NCBI GenBank assembly: GCA_963717505.1 | Contig: OY970342.1 | Span: 704,001-768,000, forward strand | Source: Candidatus Eiseniibacteriota bacterium | GTDB lineage: Bacteria; Eisenbacteria; RBG-16-71-46 | Reading direction: 5' to 3' | Length of the DNA: 64,000 nucleotides | Part shown: positions 17,413 to 27,072 of the stretch, piece after piece | Position numbering within the stretch: the first letter of the stretch is position 1 | How the letters are laid out: each line of letters begins with the position of its first letter | Notes under the pieces: model-generated | Seen by the model: only the letters and a program-made list of their open reading frames with translations | Told to the model about the DNA's origin: nothing | The model's database searches: none | Made by a program: the position numbers and the translations under genes

Positions 17413-20253
17413 CTACTTGCGCTTCTGCACGAAGCGCCAACCGAAACGCCCCTTGATGCACAGGTTGCCGAGCGTAATGTCGTTGTCGAGCGGTGACGTA
17501 GCCTTGACGATGCTCCCGTCCTGCACGTGCAGCGTGAGCGTGCAGCCGACGCCGCAGTAGGGGCAGATGGTGTCGGTCGTGGTCTGCGCGGCCTCGTTCC
17601 ACGTGCCCTTCTCGCGCATCTCGTACTCGCCGCGATCCATGAGCGCACCCGTCGGGCACACGGCGATGCAATTGCCGCAATAGACGCACGCAGAATCGGT
17701 GAGCGGCACGTTCATTTCCGTCGAGATCCGCGCGTCGAAGCCGCGCCCGGCGACGGCGATGGCAAACGTGTTCTGGTGATCCTCGCCGCACGCCTCGACG
17801 CACTTGTAGCACAGCACGCACTTGCCGTAGTCGCGCACGTAGAGATCGTTGTCGATCTTGACCGGTTGGTGAACGGTCGCAGCACGGCCGAGAACGGGCG
17901 CCCCGTGATGGCCCACCGTTGAGCGATCGCGATCGGCGGCCGGCGCAGGCGGGCCGTAGCCCCGCGCGTCGGCGCCGTACTCCGCGATTTGTCGCTGCAG
18001 GTCTGGCGCAGTGGACAGGTCCACCGACGAAGCGAGCATCTCGAGCACCATGCGCCGCGAGCCAACCACGCGCTCGGAGCGGGTACGCACCACCATGCCC
18101 GGCTCGACGGCGCGCGAGCAGCTTGGCGCCAACACCCGGGCACCTTCGACCTCGACCACGCATAGCCGGCAGGCGTTTGCGGGTTTCAGCGTCTCGAGCC
18201 AGCACAGCGTCGGCACCTCGATGCCGAGCCCGCGGCACGCGTGCAGGATCGTCGTGCCCTCGTGCACCGCGGTGCGGCGGCCGTCGATTTCGAGCTCGAC
18301 CATGCCGGGCGCGGCAGCCGGGCGCGGGCCCGCGGGCTTGGGTGGCGCCGCGATGGTGGGCGGGTCGGCGGGTACTTCGCCGAACAGTCTCAGCCGGCGG
18401 ATCGCCGACTCGACGGCGGCATACGCCGTCTGGCCAAGACCACAGATCGAGGCGTCGCGCATCCCCGCGCCGACATGGTCGATCAGCACGAGCTCGGTGC
18501 TCGTGCCACCGCGCGGCTGACCCTCGATCAGCCGATGCAGTGCTTCTTCCTGCCGCACGGTGCCGACACGGCACGGCACGCACTGGCCGCACGATTCGTC
18601 GCGGAAGAAGGCGGCGATCCGCAGCACCATGTCCTTCATGTTGGTGCGGTCGTCGAACAGCATCACGACGCCCGAGCCGAGCGTGGCGTTGGCGGCGCGC
18701 GCGTCTTCGAGCGTGAGCCGCAGATCGACCTCGTCGGCGCGCAAGAACACACCCGCCGCGCCGCCGAGCAACACCGCCTGCAGCGCGTGGCCGTCCGGCA
18801 CGCCCCCCGCGCGCTCGATCAGCGCGCGCAACGTGGCGCCGTGCGGCAGCTCGTAAACGCCGGGCTTCGCGACGTGGCCGCTCACGCAGAAGAGACGCGC
18901 GCCCGTGGACTGCGGGGTGCCGGTGCCCGCGTAGGCCGCGCCGCCCTCGAGCACAATCGGCAGTACGTTGACCAGGGTTTCGACGTTGTTGACGACAGTC
19001 GGCCGCCCGAACAACCCGACCTGCACGGGAAACGGCGGCTTGCTGCGGGGCTCCCCGCGGTAGCCCTCGATCGACTCGAACAACGCGGTCTCCTCGCCAC
19101 AGATGTAGGCGCCGGCGCCGCGGCGGATCTCGAGATCGAACGTGAAGCTCGTGCCGAAGACGCGCGGGCCCAACAGGCCCGCCGCGCGAGCCTGATCGAT
19201 CGCGCCTTGCAGCCGCTCGTGCGCCAGCGGGTACTCGGCGCGCAGGTAGACGTAGCCTCGATCGCACCCCGCGGCGAATGCGGCGATCGTCATGGACTCG
19301 ACGATGGCGAACGGGTCGCCGCACATCAGCAGGCGGTCCTTGAACGTACCGGGCTCCGACTCGTCGGCGTTGCAGACAATGTATTTCGTTCCCGCCGGCT
19401 GCTCCCGCACCGCCTGCCACTTGCGCCCGGTCGGGAACGCCGCGCCGCCGCGCCCGGTGAGCTTCGACTCGACCACTTCCCGGATCACGGCGTCGGGACC
19501 CATCTCGAGCGCGCGGCCGAGCGCGCGGTAACCGCCGGCCCCGCGGTAGGCGTCGAGGCGCGTCGGATCGACGGCGCCAATCCGCGCGAGCAGCTTGAGC
19601 GACGGATCCCCGCGCTGGGGCAGCGCGGGCTCGGCCGCCGCGTCCGCTCCGGGCGCCGCGCCATCGAGCAGCGCGCGCAGATCCTTGGCGCTCGTCTCGC
19701 CGATCTGGCGCTCGAGCGGTGACGCACCGGCCTCGGTGACCAGCGCCGCGGGCGCGCGGTCGCAGAGACCGAGGCAGGGCGAGCGCATCCACGCCGGCTT
19801 CTCCGGATGATGGTGCACGTGATCGCCCGCGGGTGCGTGCGGCAACGGCGGCCCGACCTCGCGTTCGAGGCGCTCGCACAGCTCGCGACCGCCGCGAGCG
19901 CGGCAGGCGATATCGTCACACACGTGGACGACGCGCCGCGGCCGTGGTGAGGTGGCGAGCATCGCGTAGAACGTCGCGACCCCCCACGCCTCCGCCGGCG
20001 GCACGCCGAGCCGCTCGCAGACGTAATTCAGCCCGCCCTCGCTGATCCAGCCGACCCGAGCCTGCAGGGCCTGCAACGCCGGGAGCAGTTCGGTGCGCCG
20101 TTCGCGCTGCGCGCGGCCGCCGTGTGCCACGTGCGCGTCGCGGGCGCTGCCGCGTTCGCCGCCGTCCCATGCGGAGCGTGGCGCCCCGAGCACCCCGTCG
20201 ACCACCTCCCGCTCCTCGGCCGTGGCTTCGGCGTCGAGCAGGCGAACGTCCAT
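17413..20253 (-). CDS. NAD-dependent formate dehydrogenase diaphorase/Fe-S subunit (NuoE-like + NuoF-like + NuoG/FdsA N-terminal Fe-S fusion)
   Basis: CDDIAC/CLGLC (2Fe-2S); GRGGAAFPTG, NADESEPGTFKDR, GAGAYICGEETAL, CGQCVPC (NuoF); PTLC..CRLC..C (2Fe-2S); two ferredoxin motifs; terminal CPYCGVGC...LCIKG. Confidence 0.92.
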   Translation of the reverse strand: MDVRLLDAEATAEEREVVDGVLGAPRSAWDGGERGSARDAHVAHGGRAQRERRTELLPALQALQARVGWISEGGLNYVCERLGVPPAEAWGVATFYAMLATSPRPRRVVHVCDDIACRARGGRELCERLEREVGPPLPHAPAGDHVHHHPEKPAWMRSPCLGLCDRAPAALVTEAGASPLERQIGETSAKDLRALLDGAAPGADAAAEPALPQRGDPSLKLLARIGAVDPTRLDAYRGAGGYRALGRALEMGPDAVIREVVESKLTGRGGAAFPTGRKWQAVREQPAGTKYIVCNADESEPGTFKDRLLMCGDPFAIVESMTIAAFAAGCDRGYVYLRAEYPLAHERLQGAIDQARAAGLLGPRVFGTSFTFDLEIRRGAGAYICGEETALFESIEGYRGEPRSKPPFPVQVGLFGRPTVVNNVETLVNVLPIVLEGGAAYAGTGTPQSTGARLFCVSGHVAKPGVYELPHGATLRALIERAGGVPDGHALQAVLLGGAAGVFLRADEVDLRLTLEDARAANATLGSGVVMLFDDRTNMKDMVLRIAAFFRDESCGQCVPCRVGTVRQEEALHRLIEGQPRGGTSTELVLIDHVGAGMRDASICGLGQTAYAAVESAIRRLRLFGEVPADPPTIAAPPKPAGPRPAAAPGMVELEIDGRRTAVHEGTTILHACRGLGIEVPTLCWLETLKPANACRLCVVEVEGARVLAPSCSRAVEPGMVVRTRSERVVGSRRMVLEMLASSVDLSTAPDLQRQIAEYGADARGYGPPAPAADRDRSTVGHHGAPVLGRAATVHQPVKIDNDLYVRDYGKCVLCYKCVEACGEDHQNTFAIAVAGRGFDARISTEMNVPLTDSACVYCGNCIAVCPTGALMDRGEYEMREKGTWNEAAQTTTDTICPYCGVGCTLTLHVQDGSIVKATSPLDNDITLGNLCIKGRFGWRFVQKRK

Positions 20254-22190
20254 CAGCGCGTCGCCCGGCCGGCCAGCGTGGCGGCCGGCTCGACCTTCAC
20301 CGCGCAGGCCTTGAACTCCGCGGTGCCCGATAGCGGGTCGGTGGCGTCGATGGTGAGTTCGTTGGTCGCGACGTCGTCGGGAAAATGCAGGGTCATGAAC
20401 ACCACCCCCGCACGCAGCCCGACGTCGATCCGCACCGGCGCCGTGAGCGATCCCCGCCGCGACGAGACGCGCACCACGTCACCATCGGTAACGCCGAGAT
20501 GCCCGGCGTCCTCTGGGGAGATATCGAGCGTCTCGCCAAATCGCAGCGGCGAGGAGTAACCGGCGGTCTGGACACCGGTGTTGAACGATTCGAGCCGCCG
20601 CCCGGTGGTGAGCAGCAGCGGGTAGTCGTCGTCCGGCTGCTCGACCGGCCCCTCCTGGTGCACGACCGTGAACGGAGCCGCACGGCCGCCGCGCGGCGTC
20701 TCCCACAGGCGGCTGTGGAGGAACGGCGAGCCGGGATGGTTCTCATTCGGGCAGGGCCACTGGATGCCATCGAGCGCCTCCAGGCGCGCGTAGCTCATGC
20801 CGCCCGCGAAGTCTGGGGCGACCGCTCGGAATTCGTTCCATACGTCTTCGCCGGTCGGGTGACCGAACTCGACGCCCAGACGGCGTGCAATCTCGCACAG
20901 GATCCAGAGTTCGTCGCGCGCGCCCGCGGGCGGCTCGACCGCCTTGCGCACGCGCTGCACGCGACGCTCGCTGTTGGTGACCGTGCCCTCGGCCTCGCAC
21001 CACGAGGCCGCTGATGGCAGCACGACGTGTGCGAGCTGTGCGGTGCGGGTGAGGAAGAGCTCCTGCACGACCAGGTGGTCGAGGCCCTTGAGCAGCTTCT
21101 CGACGTGGCCCGAATCGGCGTCGGACTGAGCCGGGTTCTCGCCGATCACAAACAACGCCGTGAGGTCACCGCGGTCCATGGCGCGCAGCATTTCTGTGAG
21201 GTTCCAACCGACGTTGGGCTGGAGCTTCACGTTCCACGTCTTTTCGAACCTCGCGCGCACGACTGGATCCAGGATGTCCTGGAAGCCGGGAAGGCGGTTG
21301 GGGATCGCACCCATGTCCCCGCCACCCTGAACGTTGTTCTGGCCACGCAGGGGATTGCATCCCGAGCCCCACCGGCCGACGTGACCGGCGAGAAGAGAGA
21401 GGTTGATGAGCGCGAGCACGTTGTGCACGGCATCGTGATGCTCCGTGATCCCGAGCGTCCAGCAGATCATGGCCGTGTCGGCGCCCGCGTAGGTGTGCGC
21501 GGCCTCGCGGATCACGTCGGCGGGAATGCCGGTCAGGCGCTCGCCCTCCGCCAGCGTGTAGCGCTCGACCGCCTCACGGTACTCCTCGAAGCCCTCCGTG
21601 GCGCTGGCGATGAAGTCGCGGTGGTGGAGCCCGGCGTGGATGATCTCGCGCGCCATCGCGTTCGCGAGCGCGATGTCGCTGCCGACGTGCAAGCCAAGCC
21701 ACACGTCCGCCCACTGCGCGGATGTGGTGCGCCGCGGATCCATGACGTAGAGGCGCGTCCCGTTGTGGATCCCCTTGAGGAGATGGTGGAACCAGATCGG
21801 GTGCGCTTCGCGCGCGTTCGAGCCCCAGAGGAAGACAACGTCCGTCTCCTCCACCTCGCGGTAGGAGTTCGTGCCACCTCCCGCACCGAAGACCGTCGCC
21901 AGACCGACGACGCTAGGCGCGTGTCAAGTTCGGTTGCAGCTGTCGATGTTGTGCGTCCCGAACGCGACCCGGGCCAGCTTCTGCGCCACGAAGTTCATCT
22001 CGTTCGTGGACTTGGAGCAGCTGAATATCCCGAGCGCATTCGGGCCGCGCGCTTCGCGGTTCCGCCGAAAGCCTTCCGCCGCGCGATCGAGCGCCTCGTC
22101 CCAGGTGGCCGGACGAAGCACGCCGCCCTCGCGGACCAGTGGTTCGGTGAGCCGTTCGTAGGAGCGCGAATCCCTGCGTGCTGGCACCAT
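20253..22190 (-). CDS. fdhA: Formate dehydrogenase catalytic (Mo/W-bisPGD) subunit, selenocysteine-containing
   Basis: ORFs 21924-22445 and 20253-21854 are in the same frame and join through TGA 21924-26, giving NIDSCNRT-U-HAPS. Also PLRGQNNVQG and a C-terminal molybdopterin-binding domain; GGGGAGG RBS; 645 aa. Confidence 0.92.
21894..21912 (-). promoter_or_regulatory. Bacterial SECIS element
   Basis: Stem CGUCGUC/GGCGACG with loop GGUCU, starting 11 nt 3' of the UGA; resembles the E. coli fdhF SECIS (GGUCUG). Confidence 0.8.
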
Positions 22191-22318
22191 GCACCTCCCC
22201 GAATGTGATGCGTGATGCGGTTGAGCATCGCGCAGCGGGCAGGGAGAGGCAAGCCCCACGGAGTCCCCCACGGCATAGGGGATGGACTCCCCTGATCCGA
22301 TCCGTGACAATGGGGACC

Positions 22319-23332
22319 ATGATCGAACGCACGATTGGCTCCACCGGTCCCCGCGTGTCGGCGGTCGGCCTGGGTTGCATGGGGATGTCCGACCTCTATG
22401 GCCCGGCCGACGAAGGCGAGAGCATCGCGACGGTGCGCGCGGCACTCGACGCCGGGATCACGCTGCTCGACACCGGCGACTACTACGGCATGGGTCACAA
22501 TGAGCTGCTGCTACGCGACGCGCTCAAGGGCCGCGGCCGAGATCGGGTCGTCCTCAGCGTCAAGTTCGGCGCGCTGCGCGACGCGGAAGGCGCGTGGCTC
22601 GGGTTCGACGGACGCCCGCAAGCGGTGAAGAACTTCCTGGCCTACTCGCTGCGCCGACTCGGAACCGACTACATCGACATCTACCGTCCCGGCCGGCTGG
22701 ACCCGTCGGTGCCCATCGAAGACACCGTCGGCGCGATCGCGGAACTAGTGAAGGCCGGCCACGTGAGGCATGTGGGGCTGTCGGAGGTCGGCGCCAGCAC
22801 GTTGCGGCGTGCGCGAACCGTCCACCCCATCTGCGACCTTCAGATCGAATACTCGTTGCTGTCGCGAAGCATCGAGGCCGAGATCCTGCCGACCTGCCGG
22901 ACGCTCGGGATTGGGGTCACCGCCTATGGCGTGCTATCCAGGGGTCTGCTCAGCGGCCACTGGGCGAAGGATCGCGTGCTGACCAAGGGAGATTTTCGCG
23001 GATTCGCCCCGCGATTCAGCGGTGAGAACCTCGAGCGCAACCTCTCGCTGGTGGATGCACTGCGGGACATCGCAAACCAGAAGAAGCTGACGGTGGCTCA
23101 GGTGGCGATCGCCTGGGTGCTCTCCCGCGGTCCCGACATCGTGGCCCTGATCGGAGCCCGCCGACGCGACCGGCTCACCGAGGCCCTGGCGGCCGTCGAC
23201 GCGACTCTGACTCCCGAGGATCTCGGTCGTATCGAGCAGACCGTGCCGCTGGGCGCCGTCTCGGGAGAGCGCTACCCCGCGCCCGTGCTCGCCCACATGG
23301 ACAGCGAGCGGGTCGGATCCGGTCCAACGTAA
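22319..23332 (+). CDS. Aldo/keto reductase
   Basis: GLGCMGMS, LDTGDYYG, SLRRLGTDYID, GLSE, QIEYSL. Confidence 0.95.
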   Translation: MIERTIGSTGPRVSAVGLGCMGMSDLYGPADEGESIATVRAALDAGITLLDTGDYYGMGHNELLLRDALKGRGRDRVVLSVKFGALRDAEGAWLGFDGRPQAVKNFLAYSLRRLGTDYIDIYRPGRLDPSVPIEDTVGAIAELVKAGHVRHVGLSEVGASTLRRARTVHPICDLQIEYSLLSRSIEAEILPTCRTLGIGVTAYGVLSRGLLSGHWAKDRVLTKGDFRGFAPRFSGENLERNLSLVDALRDIANQKKLTVAQVAIAWVLSRGPDIVALIGARRRDRLTEALAAVDATLTPEDLGRIEQTVPLGAVSGERYPAPVLAHMDSERVGSGPT

Positions 23333-23355
23333 CGCCTGGAAATCAGCGCCGCGTT

Positions 23356-23778
23356 CTACGTCCCCGGCTTCTTCGCCTTGGTGTGCTCGAATACCCGGTA
23401 CTCGCCGTCGCCGGTGACCCGCACACCCATGTCCTCGCGCGGCGCCGCGCCTTCCGGAACCACGGTCAGGATGATGTTGCCCTCGTCGTCGGTTTCCTTC
23501 GTCGCGCCGGGCAGGGCCTGTTCGTAGAAGGCTGCGATTTCGGCTTTGGTCCCCTCGGCCTTGCACCACCAGGTCATGCCATAGAGATAGGAGTCGGGCT
23601 CGTCACCCCAGCCCTCGTGCCCCATGGCGTCTTCGATCTTGGTGCCGGGGTACAGGGGGATCTTGGTGGCGTAGACGGCGTACTGCGCGGCCTCCGCGTC
23701 CCACTTGGTCTGCGATGCGCCGCAGCCGACCACGGCCAGCGCGGCGATAACGATGACAGCCGGAACGAAGTTCTTCAT
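23356..23778 (-). CDS. Hypothetical lipoprotein
   Basis: MKNFV...LAVVGC lipobox; IPLYPG motif; GGAGG RBS. Confidence 0.75.
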   Translation of the reverse strand: MKNFVPAVIVIAALAVVGCGASQTKWDAEAAQYAVYATKIPLYPGTKIEDAMGHEGWGDEPDSYLYGMTWWCKAEGTKAEIAAFYEQALPGATKETDDEGNIILTVVPEGAAPREDMGVRVTGDGEYRVFEHTKAKKPGT

Positions 23779-23980
23779 TGCGGTCCTCCGTGTGGCCACC
23801 CACGGTCATCGAGGGTCGGGGTCTAAGTCCTATCGGCATTCCCGCCCACGGGCTTGACGGGCCGGGGGCGCCCGGTGGTCGTGGCGGAGGCAGGGCGATA
23901 CGGCTCGCGGCGGCATCCGGAACCGGTGTAGCCTCGGGCTCGTTCGTGTGTCCGCCCCCACTCAACGAAGGACAAGACCC

Positions 23981-25753
23981 ATGACGCCAGGACGAGCTTC
24001 GATCGCCATGACCTGCATGTTCCTTCTCTCACTCGTGACTTCGGCCGCCGGCGCCACCGCCGACCAGCAGTTCGAGGCCCTGGCCAAACGCTACGTCGAC
24101 GAGTTCCCGGCGCTGAATCCGGTGGCCGCCACGGAACTGGGGGACCATCGGTTCGACGGCAAACTGAACCAGGTCAGCACCAAGGCGCGAAAGCAGCAGG
24201 CGGACTTCTATCGTCGCTACCAGAAGGACCTCGCGAAGATCGACCGCGCCGCGCTGTCGCGCGCCAATCAAATCGACGCCGCGCTGCTGGCGCATTCGCT
24301 AGAAGCCGGGATCTTCCGGCTCGAGGTGTTGCAGGAGTGGGCCTGGAATCCTCTGACCTACACGCAGCTGGCCGGAAACGCGGTGTATTCGCTGACCGCT
24401 CGCGAATTCGCCCCGCTGCCCGACCGCCTGCACAACGTGACCCTGCGCCTCGAGCAGTTGCCGAAGCTGCTCGAACAGGTACGCGCGACGCTTCAGCCGG
24501 CGCGCGTGCCCGAGATCCACGCTCAGACCGCGGTGCGCCAGAACCGCGGCGTCCTTTCCACGATCAAGGAAATGGTCGAACCCAACCTCGGCTCATTGCC
24601 CGAAGCGGACCAGAAGAAACTCGCGGTGGCCATCGCGTCGGCGCGCGAAGCGGTGGAGGCCCACCAGAAGTGGCTCGAAACCGAACTGCTGCCCAACGCC
24701 AAGGGCGACTTCCGCATCGGCCAGAAGATGTTCGACCGCAAGCTTGCGGCCACCTTCCACACGCCGCTCACCCGCCAGGACATTCGCGAGCGCGCCGAGC
24801 GGGAATTCACACGCGTGCGCCAGGAGATGTACGCGACCTCCGTCGAGATCTACAAGAAGGCGCATCCCATGACGGAGTTCCCGGCAGAGCCCGACGAGGC
24901 GTTCCGGCAGGCGATCATCCGCGCGGCGATCGAGCAGGCCTGCAAGAAGCTGCCCGGTCGCAACGACATCGTGACCACTGCCAAGGCGCAGCTCGAGCAA
25001 GCCACGAAGTTCGTCCGCGAGAAGGACTTCGTCACCGTGCCCGACGATCCGATCGACATCATCGTCATGCCCGAGTTCCAGCGTGGGGTGGCGATCGCCT
25101 ACTGCGACTCACCCGGCCCGCTCGACGTCGGACAGAAGACCTTTTACGCGGTGGCGCCGCTGCCCGACGACTGGACCGAGCAGCAGGTCGAATCGTTCCT
25201 GCGCGAATACAACCTGTTCTCGCTTCAAGATTTGACCATCCACGAGGCGATGCCCGGCCACTTCCTGCAGTTGGCGCACTCCAATCGCTATCCGTCGACC
25301 CTGCGCGCGGTGCTCTCGTCCGGTCCGTTCGTCGAGGGCTGGGCGGTATACGCCGAGAAGGTCATGGTCGAGCAGGGTTACCTCGACGGCGACCCGCTGC
25401 TCAAGCTGGTCAACCTCAAGTGGCTGCTGCGGGTGATCACCAACTCGATGATCGACCAGGCGATCCACGTCGACGGGATGACGAAGGACCAGGCCATGAA
25501 ACTTATGGTCGAGGGCGGTTTCCAGGAGGAGCGTGAGGCGGCGCTCAAGTGGGTGCGCGCGCAGCTAACCTCGACCCAGCTATCGACCTACTTCATTGGC
25601 TACCAGGAACACAGCGACTTACGGGCGGCGGTGACGGAAAAGCGGGGCAGTAGCTTCGCGCTCAAGGCGTTCCACGATGAGCTGCTGTCGTATGGCTCGC
25701 CGCCAGTCCAGTTCGTGCGCGCGTTGATGCTCGACCAGCCGATCCCGGAGTAG
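23981..25753 (+). CDS. DUF885 family protein (secreted, zinc-peptidase-like)
   Basis: ATELGDHRFD, HEAMPGHFLQ, FVEGWAVYAE, FHDELLSYGS. Confidence 0.92.
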   Translation: MTPGRASIAMTCMFLLSLVTSAAGATADQQFEALAKRYVDEFPALNPVAATELGDHRFDGKLNQVSTKARKQQADFYRRYQKDLAKIDRAALSRANQIDAALLAHSLEAGIFRLEVLQEWAWNPLTYTQLAGNAVYSLTAREFAPLPDRLHNVTLRLEQLPKLLEQVRATLQPARVPEIHAQTAVRQNRGVLSTIKEMVEPNLGSLPEADQKKLAVAIASAREAVEAHQKWLETELLPNAKGDFRIGQKMFDRKLAATFHTPLTRQDIRERAEREFTRVRQEMYATSVEIYKKAHPMTEFPAEPDEAFRQAIIRAAIEQACKKLPGRNDIVTTAKAQLEQATKFVREKDFVTVPDDPIDIIVMPEFQRGVAIAYCDSPGPLDVGQKTFYAVAPLPDDWTEQQVESFLREYNLFSLQDLTIHEAMPGHFLQLAHSNRYPSTLRAVLSSGPFVEGWAVYAEKVMVEQGYLDGDPLLKLVNLKWLLRVITNSMIDQAIHVDGMTKDQAMKLMVEGGFQEEREAALKWVRAQLTSTQLSTYFIGYQEHSDLRAAVTEKRGSSFALKAFHDELLSYGSPPVQFVRALMLDQPIPE

Positions 25754-25777
25754 GGATCATCAGGGAGCGACCTTCAC

Positions 25778-26455
25778 TCAACGAGCTTTGTCGTCGAGCC
25801 GGGTGACCGCGACGTTGTCGTAGTAGACGGTGCACTTCGCGCTGCCGCCGGTATAGGCGGCCAGCGCGATCCCGCCGTTGTCGCGATCGCCGTCCTCGAC
25901 CTCGAGCACCTGCTTGCGGTTCACGAACACGCGGTAGCGCGTGCCCTGGACCTCGACCCGGATGTGGTGCCACTTGCCGTTCGGATTCTGCACCGAGGCC
26001 TTACCGAGTTGCGACATCCCGCGATGCACCACGAGGTCGTCGTAGCCGGGACCGCGTAGGTCGATGCCGATTCCCTCGTCACCCTGCACGCGAACGGCGA
26101 CCCCTTTGTCGACGCCCCGCGTCATGCACACGTCGAGATCCACCGCGTAGTCGGTCCAGTCAGGATCGCCTGCGTGTAGAAACGACTTCTGTTGTTTCTT
26201 GTCCGGGAGCCGGGCGCGCAGCATCCCGTTCTTCACGGTCCAGACTCCCTGCTGGTCCGGCTTCCATCCCGAGAGACCGGACTTCGAGAAGTCGTCGGTC
26301 CACAGCGCGTTCTTGGGCTTCTCGAATCGCGGAGATTCTCTTACCGTGGCCCCCGCCGTTCCGTCCTTCGATGGCCGCGGGTCGACCCACAGAATCCAGG
26401 CGACTACGGCTGCTGCGGTGGCGAGCACGAGTCCGAGTCGAAGACGAGGCGTCAT
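25778..26455 (-). CDS. Membrane-anchored DUF1080 / concanavalin-like domain protein
   Basis: N-terminal TM helix; DDFS..LSGW, W.VKNG, W.DY, WHHIRVEV.G, GGIAL, YYDNV. Confidence 0.75.
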   Translation of the reverse strand: MTPRLRLGLVLATAAAVVAWILWVDPRPSKDGTAGATVRESPRFEKPKNALWTDDFSKSGLSGWKPDQQGVWTVKNGMLRARLPDKKQQKSFLHAGDPDWTDYAVDLDVCMTRGVDKGVAVRVQGDEGIGIDLRGPGYDDLVVHRGMSQLGKASVQNPNGKWHHIRVEVQGTRYRVFVNRKQVLEVEDGDRDNGGIALAAYTGGSAKCTVYYDNVAVTRLDDKAR

Positions 26456-26556
26456 CTGCGCATCATAGCCCTTTGGCATTCGAGGCTCAGAGCCGATAAC
26501 CCGAACGGTCATCTGGCTTCCGCCGGACCGCCCGTTCGCCGCCCTCGAGGATGTCC

Positions 26557-27069
26557 ATGAAGGACGCACTTCCCTATGCGTTCGATACCACGCGTGTCGT
26601 GCGCCTGATCCTTCGCGGGGTCCTCGGCTTCGAGATCGTCATGATTGCGGGCATCGTCTATGCGCTGGCCGCGGGGCGTGGGCTCATGGTGATTGCGTTC
26701 CTGATCGTGTGCGGCTCATTCATGCTGGCATTCGGCTGGATCGTGATGCGGTTCCTGGATGCGACCTCGGGGACGATCACCCACGAGTCCGTTATCGTCG
26801 AGCCCATGAACTTCTGCGGGATCCGCCTGCCCGGGCCGCAAGGCACCCTTCCGATCGGTTCCTTCCAAGGGATTCGGGTCGAGCGCGTGTCGGGGAGGAT
26901 CGACACGGCGAATCCGACGGGGCCGAGCACGCGCGTCTACTTGATTGGCCGGAATGGAACGTCAGATCTTTTGATCGCGCGCGCGAGTGTCGAGGAAGGA
27001 TCGGCGCTCGGACAGGATCTCGGCGCCGCGCTTCGCCTGCCGCGCATCGATTCCTCCTCCCCGTACTGA
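26557..27069 (+). CDS. Hypothetical membrane protein (2 TM helices plus soluble domain)
   Basis: Two hydrophobic helices; GAGG upstream of ATG 26557. Confidence 0.65.
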   Translation: MKDALPYAFDTTRVVRLILRGVLGFEIVMIAGIVYALAAGRGLMVIAFLIVCGSFMLAFGWIVMRFLDATSGTITHESVIVEPMNFCGIRLPGPQGTLPIGSFQGIRVERVSGRIDTANPTGPSTRVYLIGRNGTSDLLIARASVEEGSALGQDLGAALRLPRIDSSSPY

Positions 27070-27072
27070 GCC

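Noticed and set aside
21924-21926. TGA in fdhA read as a nonsense mutation (pseudogene)
   Set aside because: It sits at the catalytic ligand position with a correctly spaced SECIS-like hairpin.
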